DNA from: Candidatus Margulisiibacteriota bacterium
Lineage (GTDB): Bacteria > Margulisbacteria > Termititenacia > CAZZFK01
Direction: 5' to 3'
Length of the DNA stretch: 61,019 bases
Assembly: GCA_042562495.1 (NCBI GenBank)
Contig: JBHPMC010000005.1
Coordinates: 1 to 61,019 of the forward strand
Shown: piece after piece, positions 16,615 to 25,934 of the stretch
Layout: each line of letters opens with the position of its first letter
Numbering within the stretch: position 1 is the first letter of the stretch
Program-made: the position numbers and the translations under genes
The notes under the pieces: generated by a model
Seen by the model: only the letters and a program-made list of their open reading frames with translations
What the model was told of the DNA's origin: nothing
Databases searched by the model: none

Positions 16615-18726
16615 TTAAGCGCACATATCCGGATCTTTTATATAATTAATATTCCGAGCCTTAATATTGGGGATCTCTAATTTGTCTCCGGGATGGATAT
16701 ATTTTTTATCTTTAAGATATTTCTTTTTTAATTTTATAAATAATTCTTTATAGCTTAACTCAGTATGTTTGTGATACCGCAGGGCGATCTTAGATATACC
16801 ATCACCATTTTTTACCACACAATATACTTTACCGTTATCGATCAATGAGCCATTAGGCAGTGCTTCTTGGGTGATCATTATGGTTGGCTGCTCTTTTCTT
16901 AAACGTAAAGTATCTCCGATATAAATGGTCAGGTCTTTGCCTTTTACTTTTCCGGGATTGTCATTTTTGATCTGATCACGAAGCGCTGAATATTTACGTG
17001 GTTTGAGATAGTGCTTATCAATGATCTTGTACAGATAATCGCCTTTTCTTACTTTATAGTATAGAAAAGGATCTTCCGGCGCTGGTGGTTTCTGGGCGGC
17101 CAGGACTTTTGCCTTTTTTGCTTTTTCTCTGGCTAATATATCAGCGTTTACTTTATTAATACGGTAGGCGAGATAAATAATAGCTTGATCTATATTGCTT
17201 TTTCTGGTGACAAATAGATCGTTTAGAACAGAAAGATTATCTTGCCGGAAATCTTCCAACTCTTTTTTTAAAGTAGCCATTTTGCTGATATCCTCGCCTT
17301 TGAGAATAACTTTAGTTTGCCGAAGCAGCTCGTTTATCTGAGCTAAATACGTAGCTTTCATCTTAGCTAGGATCTCTTCGGCTTTACTGATCATTTTATC
17401 TTCCATCTGCTTAAGCTCGGTCTTTTGTTTTACGGTCAGGTCAGAATATTTTCTTTTAAAGCTGGCCAACTCGGTTAAGTAAGCGTTTTTATAGTAACGA
17501 ATATCTTTATGATCGCTCTTCTCAAATGAAATGCAGATCTTTTCTCCCTTTTGTACCAGCTTGTCTACCAATTCAGCATATTTGTATTCCCGTAGGTATT
17601 CGTTCATTTCTGCTAAGTCATGCTTTGCTTTCGCTATATTATTATTTAGGTGCCGGTCTTTTTTATAATGATAAATAGTTTTATCTAAAAGGTCTATTTT
17701 CCAGCCAAAAGCTTTGATCTGGTTTTGATCTGTAGCTGTAAGGACGAGTTTGTTTGCGATCTTTTGGTTGATGCTTTTCTGTTGATCCAGCAATACGAGC
17801 AGATCCTTGCGGGCGATCGCACGATCATAAATATACCGAACAGGTTTATTATAATAAATGCCCCATTGCCATTTATTGCTTAGAGCTTCGTATTGGGATG
17901 AGTAAGGGATCGGCTCAGGATAATTCGGTGTATTTCTATATTTATAATGCATTTTAGCAGCAGAAATATTCTGATCGTATCTTAATAGTTGTCTTTCTAA
18001 GTTCAGGTCGGGAGAGGAGCCTTCCTGTTTAGCTTTTTTAGCGATCTCATCGCCTTCTATAAGCAATAATCTGACATGGATATTAAATTTTATGCGGTGC
18101 AGTGAATATAGTGCACCTTGATAATAATCGGAAGTCTTTTTTAGATCTTGGTAGAGATCTTCCAGATCAATTGTGCCAGCCTTGTTCTGAAAAGATGCCA
18201 GGCCTTTTTTATAGCCAAGCTTTTTTGTTTCCAGGACACTGCTCCAGCCCCTGAAGTAAAAATCTGTCTGCCCGGTGAGCAACATTTCCAGGGTATCCTC
18301 GATCAGCTTTTTAGTAGCAGGATGATCCAGGTCGATACTGGCTTTTTTTTTGTTTTCACCGGCACTGGTCAGTAATGCATGTAAGGGATCCAAAACATGT
18401 TTAATTAAAGCAGGATACGCTTGAAGTGTAGTTATATAGCCGGATGTTTTAGCAGAAAGTTGTTCAAGCTCTGATCTTGTCCGGCCATTAAATTTGGATT
18501 CAAAAAGGTATAGCTCAGGCTTAAGAATATCCCGAGTATTAACTGCTCTGTCATTATGTAGAGAATAACAAAAATCTTTTACTTCAGAGAGAGTATTTTC
18601 GCTTTTTCTCCACAAAGAGTATGAATAATGGAAAGTATACTGTTGAATAGTCAAAGCAGGGGAGCTCGATCTTGTGGCCACAATATTTGTGGCCTCTTTG
18701 ACAGCTAGAAGTCTATCAATACTCAT
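16615..18726 (-). CDS. Large orphan protein (703 aa) with two C-terminal LysM-like modules
   Basis: 'YYKVRKGDYLYKIIDKHY...IYIGDTLRL' and 'VYCVVKNGDGISKIALRYH...IHPGDKLEIP' fit the LysM Y-x-V-x-x-G-D-x-L/I-x-x-I-A...G-x-x-L-x-I-P pattern. The rest is K/E/L-rich and helical-looking. No signal peptide or TM. Confidence 0.6.
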   Translation of the reverse strand: MSIDRLLAVKEATNIVATRSSSPALTIQQYTFHYSYSLWRKSENTLSEVKDFCYSLHNDRAVNTRDILKPELYLFESKFNGRTRSELEQLSAKTSGYITTLQAYPALIKHVLDPLHALLTSAGENKKKASIDLDHPATKKLIEDTLEMLLTGQTDFYFRGWSSVLETKKLGYKKGLASFQNKAGTIDLEDLYQDLKKTSDYYQGALYSLHRIKFNIHVRLLLIEGDEIAKKAKQEGSSPDLNLERQLLRYDQNISAAKMHYKYRNTPNYPEPIPYSSQYEALSNKWQWGIYYNKPVRYIYDRAIARKDLLVLLDQQKSINQKIANKLVLTATDQNQIKAFGWKIDLLDKTIYHYKKDRHLNNNIAKAKHDLAEMNEYLREYKYAELVDKLVQKGEKICISFEKSDHKDIRYYKNAYLTELASFKRKYSDLTVKQKTELKQMEDKMISKAEEILAKMKATYLAQINELLRQTKVILKGEDISKMATLKKELEDFRQDNLSVLNDLFVTRKSNIDQAIIYLAYRINKVNADILAREKAKKAKVLAAQKPPAPEDPFLYYKVRKGDYLYKIIDKHYLKPRKYSALRDQIKNDNPGKVKGKDLTIYIGDTLRLRKEQPTIMITQEALPNGSLIDNGKVYCVVKNGDGISKIALRYHKHTELSYKELFIKLKKKYLKDKKYIHPGDKLEIPNIKARNINYIKDPDMCA

Positions 18727-18882
18727 AACAACCTCATAAGCTAGTTATCTCTATTGTTATCGTAGGGAGTATGAGCTAATCCCATTTTTCAATAGATAAA
18801 GGTGTTCTATATATATGATCACTTGCTAAGATTTATGAAATTAAATAGAATTTGTTGCGATATAGATTAGTAAGGTAAAAAC

Positions 18883-19395
18883 ATGTTTTTAAATAAAAAA
18901 ATAATCCAAAATACCGAGCTTTCTGAACCAATAGATATTTTTAATGATGGTCCACCTGAAAGTTTGGACCTATTAGATCAGGTAGCACAGGTAGCTGGTG
19001 TTCAATCGCCTGATCTGAGCGGAGCTGCCCAGGAATTGTCGGACATATCTTCTGATACAGCTCCTGGAGCTGAGGTCCCTCCAGAAAACATACCAACCGT
19101 ACCTGATATGGAGCAAGTATCCGTAGTAAATGAGGAGTATAAAAAAAAGATCGATGAACTGATCAAAAAATTAGTCGAGATCATCTCAAAAGCTGAACAG
19201 AATAAAAAAGTAATACTGGCAAGCAGTCTCAAACCGGTTGCGGATAAATTGGATATCGATGAGAGTAATTATAATAAATTGGCTATAGAAAAGGACAAAA
19301 TAGATAAGGTAATAAGAGAATTTGGATCATATTTAAAGATCAAAGAAGTCTGGGTCATGCGGGTCATAAATACAATAAAAGCAATAATAGAATAA
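18883..19395 (+). CDS. Hypothetical acidic/coiled-coil protein (170 aa)
   Basis: ORF divergent from the 703-aa gene. Acidic Pro/Ser-rich N-terminal half and helical K/E/I-rich C-terminal half. No motif recognised. Confidence 0.4.
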   Translation: MFLNKKIIQNTELSEPIDIFNDGPPESLDLLDQVAQVAGVQSPDLSGAAQELSDISSDTAPGAEVPPENIPTVPDMEQVSVVNEEYKKKIDELIKKLVEIISKAEQNKKVILASSLKPVADKLDIDESNYNKLAIEKDKIDKVIREFGSYLKIKEVWVMRVINTIKAIIE

Positions 19396-19494
19396 TCCAG
19401 GACACCAATTACTACTTTTATACCCTATTTCATTATATAATATAGTGCTTATAAGGAAGGGAAATAGCCTATTTTTGTATTATTAGACGCCTTT

Positions 19495-20502
19495 TTGGGC
19501 TCTTTTTTTGTGACAATTTTGCTTATACCTATAATAAAAAAACTGGCTATACGCTGGGGTGCTTTAGATTATCCTGGCGGCCGAAAAATTCATGCCAATC
19601 CAATACCCCGGCTTGGTGGATTGGGGATATATCTGGGTTTTATTATAGCTTTACTTACTGTGATCGCGATCTATAGATCTGTTGAATTACTAGAATTATA
19701 TAAACCGATCATATATGGAGCCAGCCTGATCATTTTGTTAGGGATCGTCGATGATATCAAAGGATTAAAACCACCCGTGAAGTTATTTTTTCAGCTTTCC
19801 ATAGCGGTCATGACAGTAGCCATGGGTGTGCGCATAGAGTTCTTTAATAATCCCTTTGGAGGGGTATTCTACATACCGCCATTTATTTCTTGGACACTTA
19901 CAATTCTTTGGATAGTAGGTGTAACGAACACTATTAACTTGATCGATGGCATTGATGGATTGGCGGCGGGAGTTACTTTAATTGCCGTGATTACTTTATT
20001 TGTTGTAGCGATCCTGTTAAAGCGTTTTGAAGTAGCTTTATTGGCAGCGACTCTAGCCGGAGCTACTTTTGGATTTTTAAAGTATAACTTCAGCCCGGCA
20101 TCGATCTTTATGGGGGATACTGGCAGTATGTTCTTGGGTTATTGTCTGGCCTGCATTTCAGTGCTGGGGGTTCTAAAAAGTGCAGCTACTTTGGCGTTAG
20201 CTATCCCGATCCTGGCTTTAGGGATACCGCTCATTGATACTTTTGCCGCGATCTTTAGAAGAGTACGCAATAAAAAGCATATCTTTAAAGCTGACGATCA
20301 GCATTTACATCATCGTTTGTTGAGGCTGGGCTTTTCTCAGAAACAAGTGGTTTGGGTGATCTACTATGTCAGTATAATTTTAAGCATCGGTGCTTTGCTG
20401 ATCACGATGGTTTCCGGCCTCTGGGCATTTATATTCTTAGTCACAATAATTTTTCTGGTTTACATCGGGGTGAAGAAGATTAAGAAAATGGAATTAATTT
20501 AA
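19495..20502 (+). CDS. Polyprenyl-phosphate N-acetylhexosamine-1-phosphate transferase (glycosyltransferase family 4, WecA/TagO/MraY-like)
   Basis: 'RKIHANPIPRLGGLGIYLGF', 'DDIKGL', 'NTINLIDGIDGLAAG' and 'IFMGDTGSMFLGY' are characteristic GT4 motifs. TTG start. A stop lies 10 codons upstream, so little N-terminal extension is possible. Confidence 0.85.
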   Translation: MGSFFVTILLIPIIKKLAIRWGALDYPGGRKIHANPIPRLGGLGIYLGFIIALLTVIAIYRSVELLELYKPIIYGASLIILLGIVDDIKGLKPPVKLFFQLSIAVMTVAMGVRIEFFNNPFGGVFYIPPFISWTLTILWIVGVTNTINLIDGIDGLAAGVTLIAVITLFVVAILLKRFEVALLAATLAGATFGFLKYNFSPASIFMGDTGSMFLGYCLACISVLGVLKSAATLALAIPILALGIPLIDTFAAIFRRVRNKKHIFKADDQHLHHRLLRLGFSQKQVVWVIYYVSIILSIGALLITMVSGLWAFIFLVTIIFLVYIGVKKIKKMELI

Positions 20503-20518
20503 AACATAAATCAATCCA

Positions 20519-20572
20519 TGCAGGCCGGCTGCCTGCAGGATTTCAGCGTCTGCAAGGAAATACAGGCGCTTT
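20519..20572 (+). terminator. Two GC-rich hairpins downstream of the GT4 gene (weak terminator candidate)
   Basis: First hairpin: TGCAGGC-CGGCT-GCCTGCA. Second hairpin: AGCGTCTG-(10 nt)-CAGGCGCT with one G.U pair, followed only by TT then an A-run. The U-tract is poor. Confidence 0.3.
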
Positions 20573-20592
20573 AAAAAAATGGAGCTAATTTA

Positions 20593-21753
20593 ATGTCTGT
20601 ATCTAAAAAGAAGATAGCCTTGGTTTTCGGGACGCGTCCGGAAGCGATCAAGATGGCCCCGGTGTGGCTGGAATTATTAAAGAACAGGAAATATTTCAAA
20701 CCACAGATCGTGGTCACTGGTCAGCATAAAGAAATGCTCGATCAAGTCCTAAAAAGATTCAAGATCAAAGCCGACCAAGATCTGAAAGTAATGCTCAAGG
20801 ACCAAAGCCTTATGCAATTATCAAATAGATTGTTCGGAAAGCTGGAAAAAAGCTTGAGTAAATTAGCTCCGGATCTTGTTTTAGTCCAGGGGGATACCAC
20901 CTCTACATTTTTAGCCAGCTTAGTAGCCTTTACTTTGGGTATACCAGTGGGGCATATTGAGGCGGGTCTACGTACAGGGGATGCGGCCGATCCTTATCCG
21001 GAAGAAATGAACAGGACCTTGACCACTAATTTGGCAGGATTACATTTTGCACCTACAGAGCAGGCTTATAAGATCGTTAAAAAAGAGAAAAAGGGAGCCA
21101 AGCATTTGTATCTTACGGGAAATACTGTTATAGATGCTTTAAGGAAGGTCTTATCCAAGAACGGGCATAAGCAAGTAAAGTCAAAGCAAAGGCCGTATAT
21201 TTTAGTGACAGCGCATCGGCGGGAAAGCTTTGGCGGTCCTTTGCAGAACATTTGTGTTGCGCTAAAAGCTTTAGCCAAGAAAAATCCGCAATTCGATCTT
21301 GTTTACCCTGTGCATTTGAATCCAAATGTACAAAAGACAGCAAGGGATTTTTTAAAAGGTATAAATAATGTTAAGCTTATTCCTCCTTTGGAATATTTGG
21401 AATTTTCAAGGTTAATGAAAGGTGCCTATTTGATCCTGACCGATTCCGGCGGGATCCAAGAAGAAGCTCCAGTTATCGGAGTTCCTGTTTTAGTATTAAG
21501 AGAAAAAACAGAGAGGCCGGAAGCAATAGAAAGTGGTGCAGTAAAATTGATCGGCACCAATAGTAAGCGGATCATATCCGAAACGCAGAAGCTGTTAGAT
21601 AACCAGAAGTATTATAAGCAGATGGCAGAAGCTATCAGCCCCTATGGCGATGGCAAGGCGGCACAGAGGATCGTACAAGCATTGAAATATTATTTTGGTT
21701 TTTCCAATAAAAAACCGCGGGCATTTAGACCGAAGAAAGTAAAGATCAGGTAA
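20593..21753 (+). CDS. wecB: UDP-N-acetylglucosamine 2-epimerase (non-hydrolysing)
   Basis: 'KIALVFGTRPEAIKMAPV', 'VTGQHKEMLDQVL', 'VQGDTTSTF', 'HIEAGLRT' and 'LTDSGGIQEEAP' are canonical WecB/MnaA motifs. Confidence 0.9.
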   Translation: MSVSKKKIALVFGTRPEAIKMAPVWLELLKNRKYFKPQIVVTGQHKEMLDQVLKRFKIKADQDLKVMLKDQSLMQLSNRLFGKLEKSLSKLAPDLVLVQGDTTSTFLASLVAFTLGIPVGHIEAGLRTGDAADPYPEEMNRTLTTNLAGLHFAPTEQAYKIVKKEKKGAKHLYLTGNTVIDALRKVLSKNGHKQVKSKQRPYILVTAHRRESFGGPLQNICVALKALAKKNPQFDLVYPVHLNPNVQKTARDFLKGINNVKLIPPLEYLEFSRLMKGAYLILTDSGGIQEEAPVIGVPVLVLREKTERPEAIESGAVKLIGTNSKRIISETQKLLDNQKYYKQMAEAISPYGDGKAAQRIVQALKYYFGFSNKKPRAFRPKKVKIR

Positions 21754-21758
21754 TAATT

Positions 21759-23009
21759 ATGGCAAAAGTAATTATAAAAGGTGGTAAAAGATTAAAAGGG
21801 ACCGTGCGGGTCAGCGGGGCCAAGAATGCCGCATTGCCGATATTGGCAGCGGTAACTATGCTTGAAGGAGATAGCAAGATCGAGAATGTACCACGGCTGA
21901 CCGACATTACTACTATGGTCCGGATGTTACGTACACTGGGGCTTAAAGCAGAATATGTTAATCATCATGTGAAGATCTCCAATAAAAAGACTTCTTTGAA
22001 ACACCTGATACCCTATGAACTAGTCACTAAAATGCGGGCCTCATTTTTTATTGCGGGGCCTATCTTGGCTAAGACAGGATTTGTGAAGATCCCTTTGCCG
22101 GGTGGCTGTGCAATCGGAACTCGTCCAGTGGATATTCACTTAAAAGGATTTGAAGCTTTGGGAGCCAAGATCGAGGTCGAGCATGGTTTTATCGATCTAA
22201 AAGCAAAAAAATTAAAAGGAAATGATGTAAATCTTTCTTTTCCAAGTGTAGGCGCTACAGAAAATGTGATGATGGCAGCTACTCTAGCAGAAGGAACGAC
22301 TAGAATAAAAAATGCTGCACGTGAACCGGAAGTTGAAGATCTGGCCAATTTCTTGATCGCTGCCGGGGCTAAGATCAAGGGCCAGGGTACGGATATGATC
22401 GAGATAGAGGGTGTCAGCAAATTAACCGGAGTAAATTATAAAGTAATTCCTGATCGTATTGAAGCAGGCACATTGATGTTGGCTAGTGCAATAACCGACG
22501 GTGATGTACATATTGATGGAGTTAATAAATCACATTTGTTACCACTTTTAGAAAAGATGAGGGAAATGGGGATCAAGGTGGTTGTGGTGGGAGATAAAGC
22601 ATCAGTTACACGCAATGGTATACTAAAACCAATAGAGTTAGAGACCCAGCCTTATCCTGGATTTCCCACTGATATGCAGGCGCAGGTCATGGCCTTGCTG
22701 AGTATTACGCCAGGCACCAGTATGGTCAAAGAAACTATTTTCGAGAACAGATTCATGCATGCCCAAGAGTTGACGCGGATGGGTGCAAATATAAAAGTAA
22801 AAGATAGGGTGGCAATTATTAATGGTGTAGAGAAGTTGTCTGGTGCTCCAGTAAGGACAACAGATCTACGGGCAGGAGCGGCCTTGTGGCTGGCCGGCTT
22901 AGTTGCTGAAGGGGAGACATTGATCTACGATATAGAACATGTAGAGCGAGGGTATGATAATCTGCAAGGCAAATTATTGTCTTTAGGCGCTCATATTAGA
23001 AAGGTCTGA
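21759..23009 (+). CDS. murA: UDP-N-acetylglucosamine 1-carboxyvinyltransferase
   Basis: 'VSGAKNAALPILAA', the active-site loop 'LPGGCAIGTRPVDIHL' with catalytic Cys, and 'TDLRAGAAL'. Confidence 0.95.
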   Translation: MAKVIIKGGKRLKGTVRVSGAKNAALPILAAVTMLEGDSKIENVPRLTDITTMVRMLRTLGLKAEYVNHHVKISNKKTSLKHLIPYELVTKMRASFFIAGPILAKTGFVKIPLPGGCAIGTRPVDIHLKGFEALGAKIEVEHGFIDLKAKKLKGNDVNLSFPSVGATENVMMAATLAEGTTRIKNAAREPEVEDLANFLIAAGAKIKGQGTDMIEIEGVSKLTGVNYKVIPDRIEAGTLMLASAITDGDVHIDGVNKSHLLPLLEKMREMGIKVVVVGDKASVTRNGILKPIELETQPYPGFPTDMQAQVMALLSITPGTSMVKETIFENRFMHAQELTRMGANIKVKDRVAIINGVEKLSGAPVRTTDLRAGAALWLAGLVAEGETLIYDIEHVERGYDNLQGKLLSLGAHIRKV

Positions 23010-23010
23010 C

Positions 23011-25140
23011 ATGGCTGAAGAAGCTGCTAAGCAAAAACAAGGTTTTTTTATAGGATTCTTTGCCAATCTTGGGCTGTATAGGCTGAGTTTGTTCCTGGTG
23101 CTTTATATCATTGTCCTTTTAGCCTTAACTTTGCCGGTTTTTTCTAACCGCGTGACCTTACAGGAAGGTGAAGTTACCGAGTGGGATATCCTTTCACCCA
23201 TAACAGGAGAGATCGAAACCAAGGCTGATCGTGCTCAAACGGAAGTAATGCGAGGGAAACGAGAGCAGGCAGTTGAGACGGTCTATATTATCGATAAATC
23301 TATTGTTGATAGATCTAAGGCAGATGTCACTTCTTATTTTGGGAAAATAAGAAAATTAAAGGAAAAAGAATTAGCCGATGAAGAGCGAGCTGCCCTAGGC
23401 CAATCACTGGAATTCAATCTATCCAGCCGTTCTTTAGGAGTATTATCTAGGGCCAACAATACGACACTAAAACTGCTTGAATCAATAATCCTTAGGACTT
23501 CCCAAGAGATCCTTTTACAGGGTGTAGAAGATGCGAAATCTGCTCAGATTCAGCAACAGATCGATTCCAGCTTGAAAGATCTGCTGGTGGGCAAAGAATA
23601 TAAGCGGGCAGTGCGTGAAGTTATCATAGCCTCGCTTTATCCAAATAAAGTCGTAAATCAACGCGAAACAGATAAGCGCCGCCGGCTAGGTAAGAACACG
23701 ATCATACCTATGCATACGAAGCTGCGGCGAGGAAGCCCAATAGTTTTTAGCGGGGAAAAAATAACCAAAGAACATATTGCCATATTTACGGCTTTAGGTA
23801 TTTACGGCAGAGGAGTGGATTGGTCCTACCTTTTTTCTGCTGCCGGCATGGAATTGATATTATTCTTTTTCTTTTTTATGTACCTCTTCTTCTATCGACG
23901 GAAAGTATACGATGATCCTAAACGTCTTTTGGTCCTGGCGATCTTAATTTCAGTAACAGTGTTACTGGGGAGATTTTTGAGCCCTTGGAACGGGCACTTT
24001 GTGCCGGTGCCGGCAGCAGCCATGCTTTTAGTGATCCTGGTTGATGGCCCGGTAGCAATTATTTCAACGGTATTGATGAGTTTTTTTATTGGGATGATCT
24101 TTAATTTTGATTTCTCGATAATTTCCATGCTGCTTTTTGGGAGCTTTGTGGCAATTTCCAGATCGACCGGAATATTCCAAAGGACAGACCTGACCAAGGC
24201 GGGATTCCTGATCGGGCTGACAAATATGGCCGTTGTTCTTTTGGTTGCTATTTTGAAAAAAGTGCTGATCTGGCCGGATATTTTACCGGATCTGGTCTTT
24301 GGCGGAGTAAATGGTGTGGTTTCCGCAATATTTGTTATCGGGACCCTGCCTTACTGGGAGACAACTTTCAATATCATAACGCCGATGCGTTTGGGAGAAT
24401 TTGCTAATCCAAATCAACCGCTTTTAAAACGGCTTTTAGTAGAAGCTCCAGGGACATATCACCATAGTCTAGTAGTGGCTAATATGGCCGAAGCTGCTGC
24501 AGAAGTGATCGGAGCTAATTCATTGTTGGCCAGGGTAGGCGGCTACTATCACGATGTGGGTAAAATAAAACGACCCTACTTTTTTGTCGAAAATCAGATC
24601 GGAGCAGAAAATCCTCACGATAAGATCCAACCCAGGCTCAGCGCGTTGATCATACTTTCTCATCCGCGAGATGGCGTGGAATTGGCGGTAAAGTATAAAT
24701 TGCCGAGTATGATAATCGATATTATCGCTCAGCATCATGGGACAAGCATGGTCTCCTTTTTCTATAGGCAGTTCTTAGCTAAGGCAGGCGAAGAAAAGAT
24801 AAATGAAAATGAATTTCGTTATGAAGGGCCTACGCCGAAATCCAAAGAAGCTGCAGTGGTCATGATGGCAGATTCTGTTGAAGCTGCGGTAAGGTCCTTG
24901 GAGCGCCCCACGCCACACAAGATCGAAGCTTTGATCCGCAAGATATTTAAAGAGCGGCTGGATGACGGGCAGCTGGATGATTGCCGCTTAACATTGAAAG
25001 ATCTGGATAAGATGCGTGAAGCGTTTTTGTATGTTTTGGGCGGCAGGTTACATAGCCGTGTTGAATATCCGGATAAAGAGATAGAAGAGGAGGAGGAATT
25101 AAAAACAGAGAATGCTAAATTCGATATGATTGGAGATTAA
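23011..25140 (+). CDS. pgpH: 7TM-receptor / HD-domain membrane phosphohydrolase (PgpH/YqfF family)
   Basis: N-terminal extracellular region, a 7-TM block, then HD(IG) 'TYHHSLVVANMAEAAAEVIGAN...GYYHDVGKIKRPYFF...SHPRDG...QHHGT'. It lies upstream of ybeY, as in Firmicutes. Confidence 0.85.
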   Translation: MAEEAAKQKQGFFIGFFANLGLYRLSLFLVLYIIVLLALTLPVFSNRVTLQEGEVTEWDILSPITGEIETKADRAQTEVMRGKREQAVETVYIIDKSIVDRSKADVTSYFGKIRKLKEKELADEERAALGQSLEFNLSSRSLGVLSRANNTTLKLLESIILRTSQEILLQGVEDAKSAQIQQQIDSSLKDLLVGKEYKRAVREVIIASLYPNKVVNQRETDKRRRLGKNTIIPMHTKLRRGSPIVFSGEKITKEHIAIFTALGIYGRGVDWSYLFSAAGMELILFFFFFMYLFFYRRKVYDDPKRLLVLAILISVTVLLGRFLSPWNGHFVPVPAAAMLLVILVDGPVAIISTVLMSFFIGMIFNFDFSIISMLLFGSFVAISRSTGIFQRTDLTKAGFLIGLTNMAVVLLVAILKKVLIWPDILPDLVFGGVNGVVSAIFVIGTLPYWETTFNIITPMRLGEFANPNQPLLKRLLVEAPGTYHHSLVVANMAEAAAEVIGANSLLARVGGYYHDVGKIKRPYFFVENQIGAENPHDKIQPRLSALIILSHPRDGVELAVKYKLPSMIIDIIAQHHGTSMVSFFYRQFLAKAGEEKINENEFRYEGPTPKSKEAAVVMMADSVEAAVRSLERPTPHKIEALIRKIFKERLDDGQLDDCRLTLKDLDKMREAFLYVLGGRLHSRVEYPDKEIEEEEELKTENAKFDMIGD

Positions 25141-25142
25141 TA

Positions 25143-25547
25143 ATGAAAGTTTTAATAAATGAAATAGTAAAGGTCCCTTATAAAGAAGAAATTGATAAAG
25201 TGGTCAAGAAAGCATTAAAAGCAAAACGTAAAACTCTGGGAGTGGTCAGCATTACTTTTGTGGATGATAAATATATCCAGGATTTGAACAAAAAATACAA
25301 TTTTAAAGATAAGCCGACTGATGTGCTTTCTTTTTCGTTGGGGGAGACCAGGCTCTTGGGGGATGTTTTCATTTCTGTACCTTTTGCACATAAAAATGCC
25401 AAGCGGTTTCAACATTCTCTTTTGGCAGAGCTTAAGCGATTAGCCGTACACGGCACATTACATTTGTTGGGCTATAAGCATAAGACCATAAAAGAAAAAG
25501 ATAAAATGGAAAAATTTGAACAAAAGATCTTGACTAAGGAGCATTAA
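25143..25547 (+). CDS. ybeY: rRNA maturation endoribonuclease YbeY
   Basis: 'HGTLHLLGYKH' is the H-x3-H-x5-H zinc motif. 'DVLSF' is also present. 134 aa. Confidence 0.9.
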   Translation: MKVLINEIVKVPYKEEIDKVVKKALKAKRKTLGVVSITFVDDKYIQDLNKKYNFKDKPTDVLSFSLGETRLLGDVFISVPFAHKNAKRFQHSLLAELKRLAVHGTLHLLGYKHKTIKEKDKMEKFEQKILTKEH

Positions 25548-25562
25548 AAAAAGGAGCAGGCA

Positions 25563-25934
25563 ATGTTAGATAAAAAATGGTCGGTAGTTAATAGTATAAA
25601 ACATGCTTCCTTTGGGATCTGGGTAGCATTTAGAGATGAACAGAACATGCGTATCCATGGGATCCTTACCTTGTTGGCAATAATCATGATGATCGCGCTA
25701 AAGGTCAGTACTATTGAAGGCTTGGTCTTAGGCTTGGATATTGCTCTGGTTTGGGTCGCAGAGCTGATGAATACATCGATCGAAGAGTCTTTTAATATCC
25801 ATGGGCAAGATAAAAATCCTCAAATTAAAATAGGCAAAGATGTGGCTGCGGGAGCCGTGCTAATTGCATCGCTAAATGCCTTGATCGCTGCGTTGATCAT
25901 TTTTTTACCAAAACTTAATCTGCTTTTAAGATGA
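25563..25934 (+). CDS. dgkA: Diacylglycerol / undecaprenol kinase (DgkA family)
   Basis: 123 aa, three TMs, with 'AELMNTSIE' and 'KDVAAGAVL' DgkA motifs. Positioned after ybeY. Confidence 0.8.
   Translation: MLDKKWSVVNSIKHASFGIWVAFRDEQNMRIHGILTLLAIIMMIALKVSTIEGLVLGLDIALVWVAELMNTSIEESFNIHGQDKNPQIKIGKDVAAGAVLIASLNALIAALIIFLPKLNLLLR

Noticed and set aside
17808-17822. Cyanobacterial HIP1 octamer GCGATCGC, seen at about 17814 with many CGATCG hexamers elsewhere, as a taxonomic marker.
   Set aside because: The full octamer appears only sporadically by eye. The enrichment seems to follow from the general GATC excess rather than from a specific HIP1 signal. It is mentioned only as a possibility under the GATC finding.
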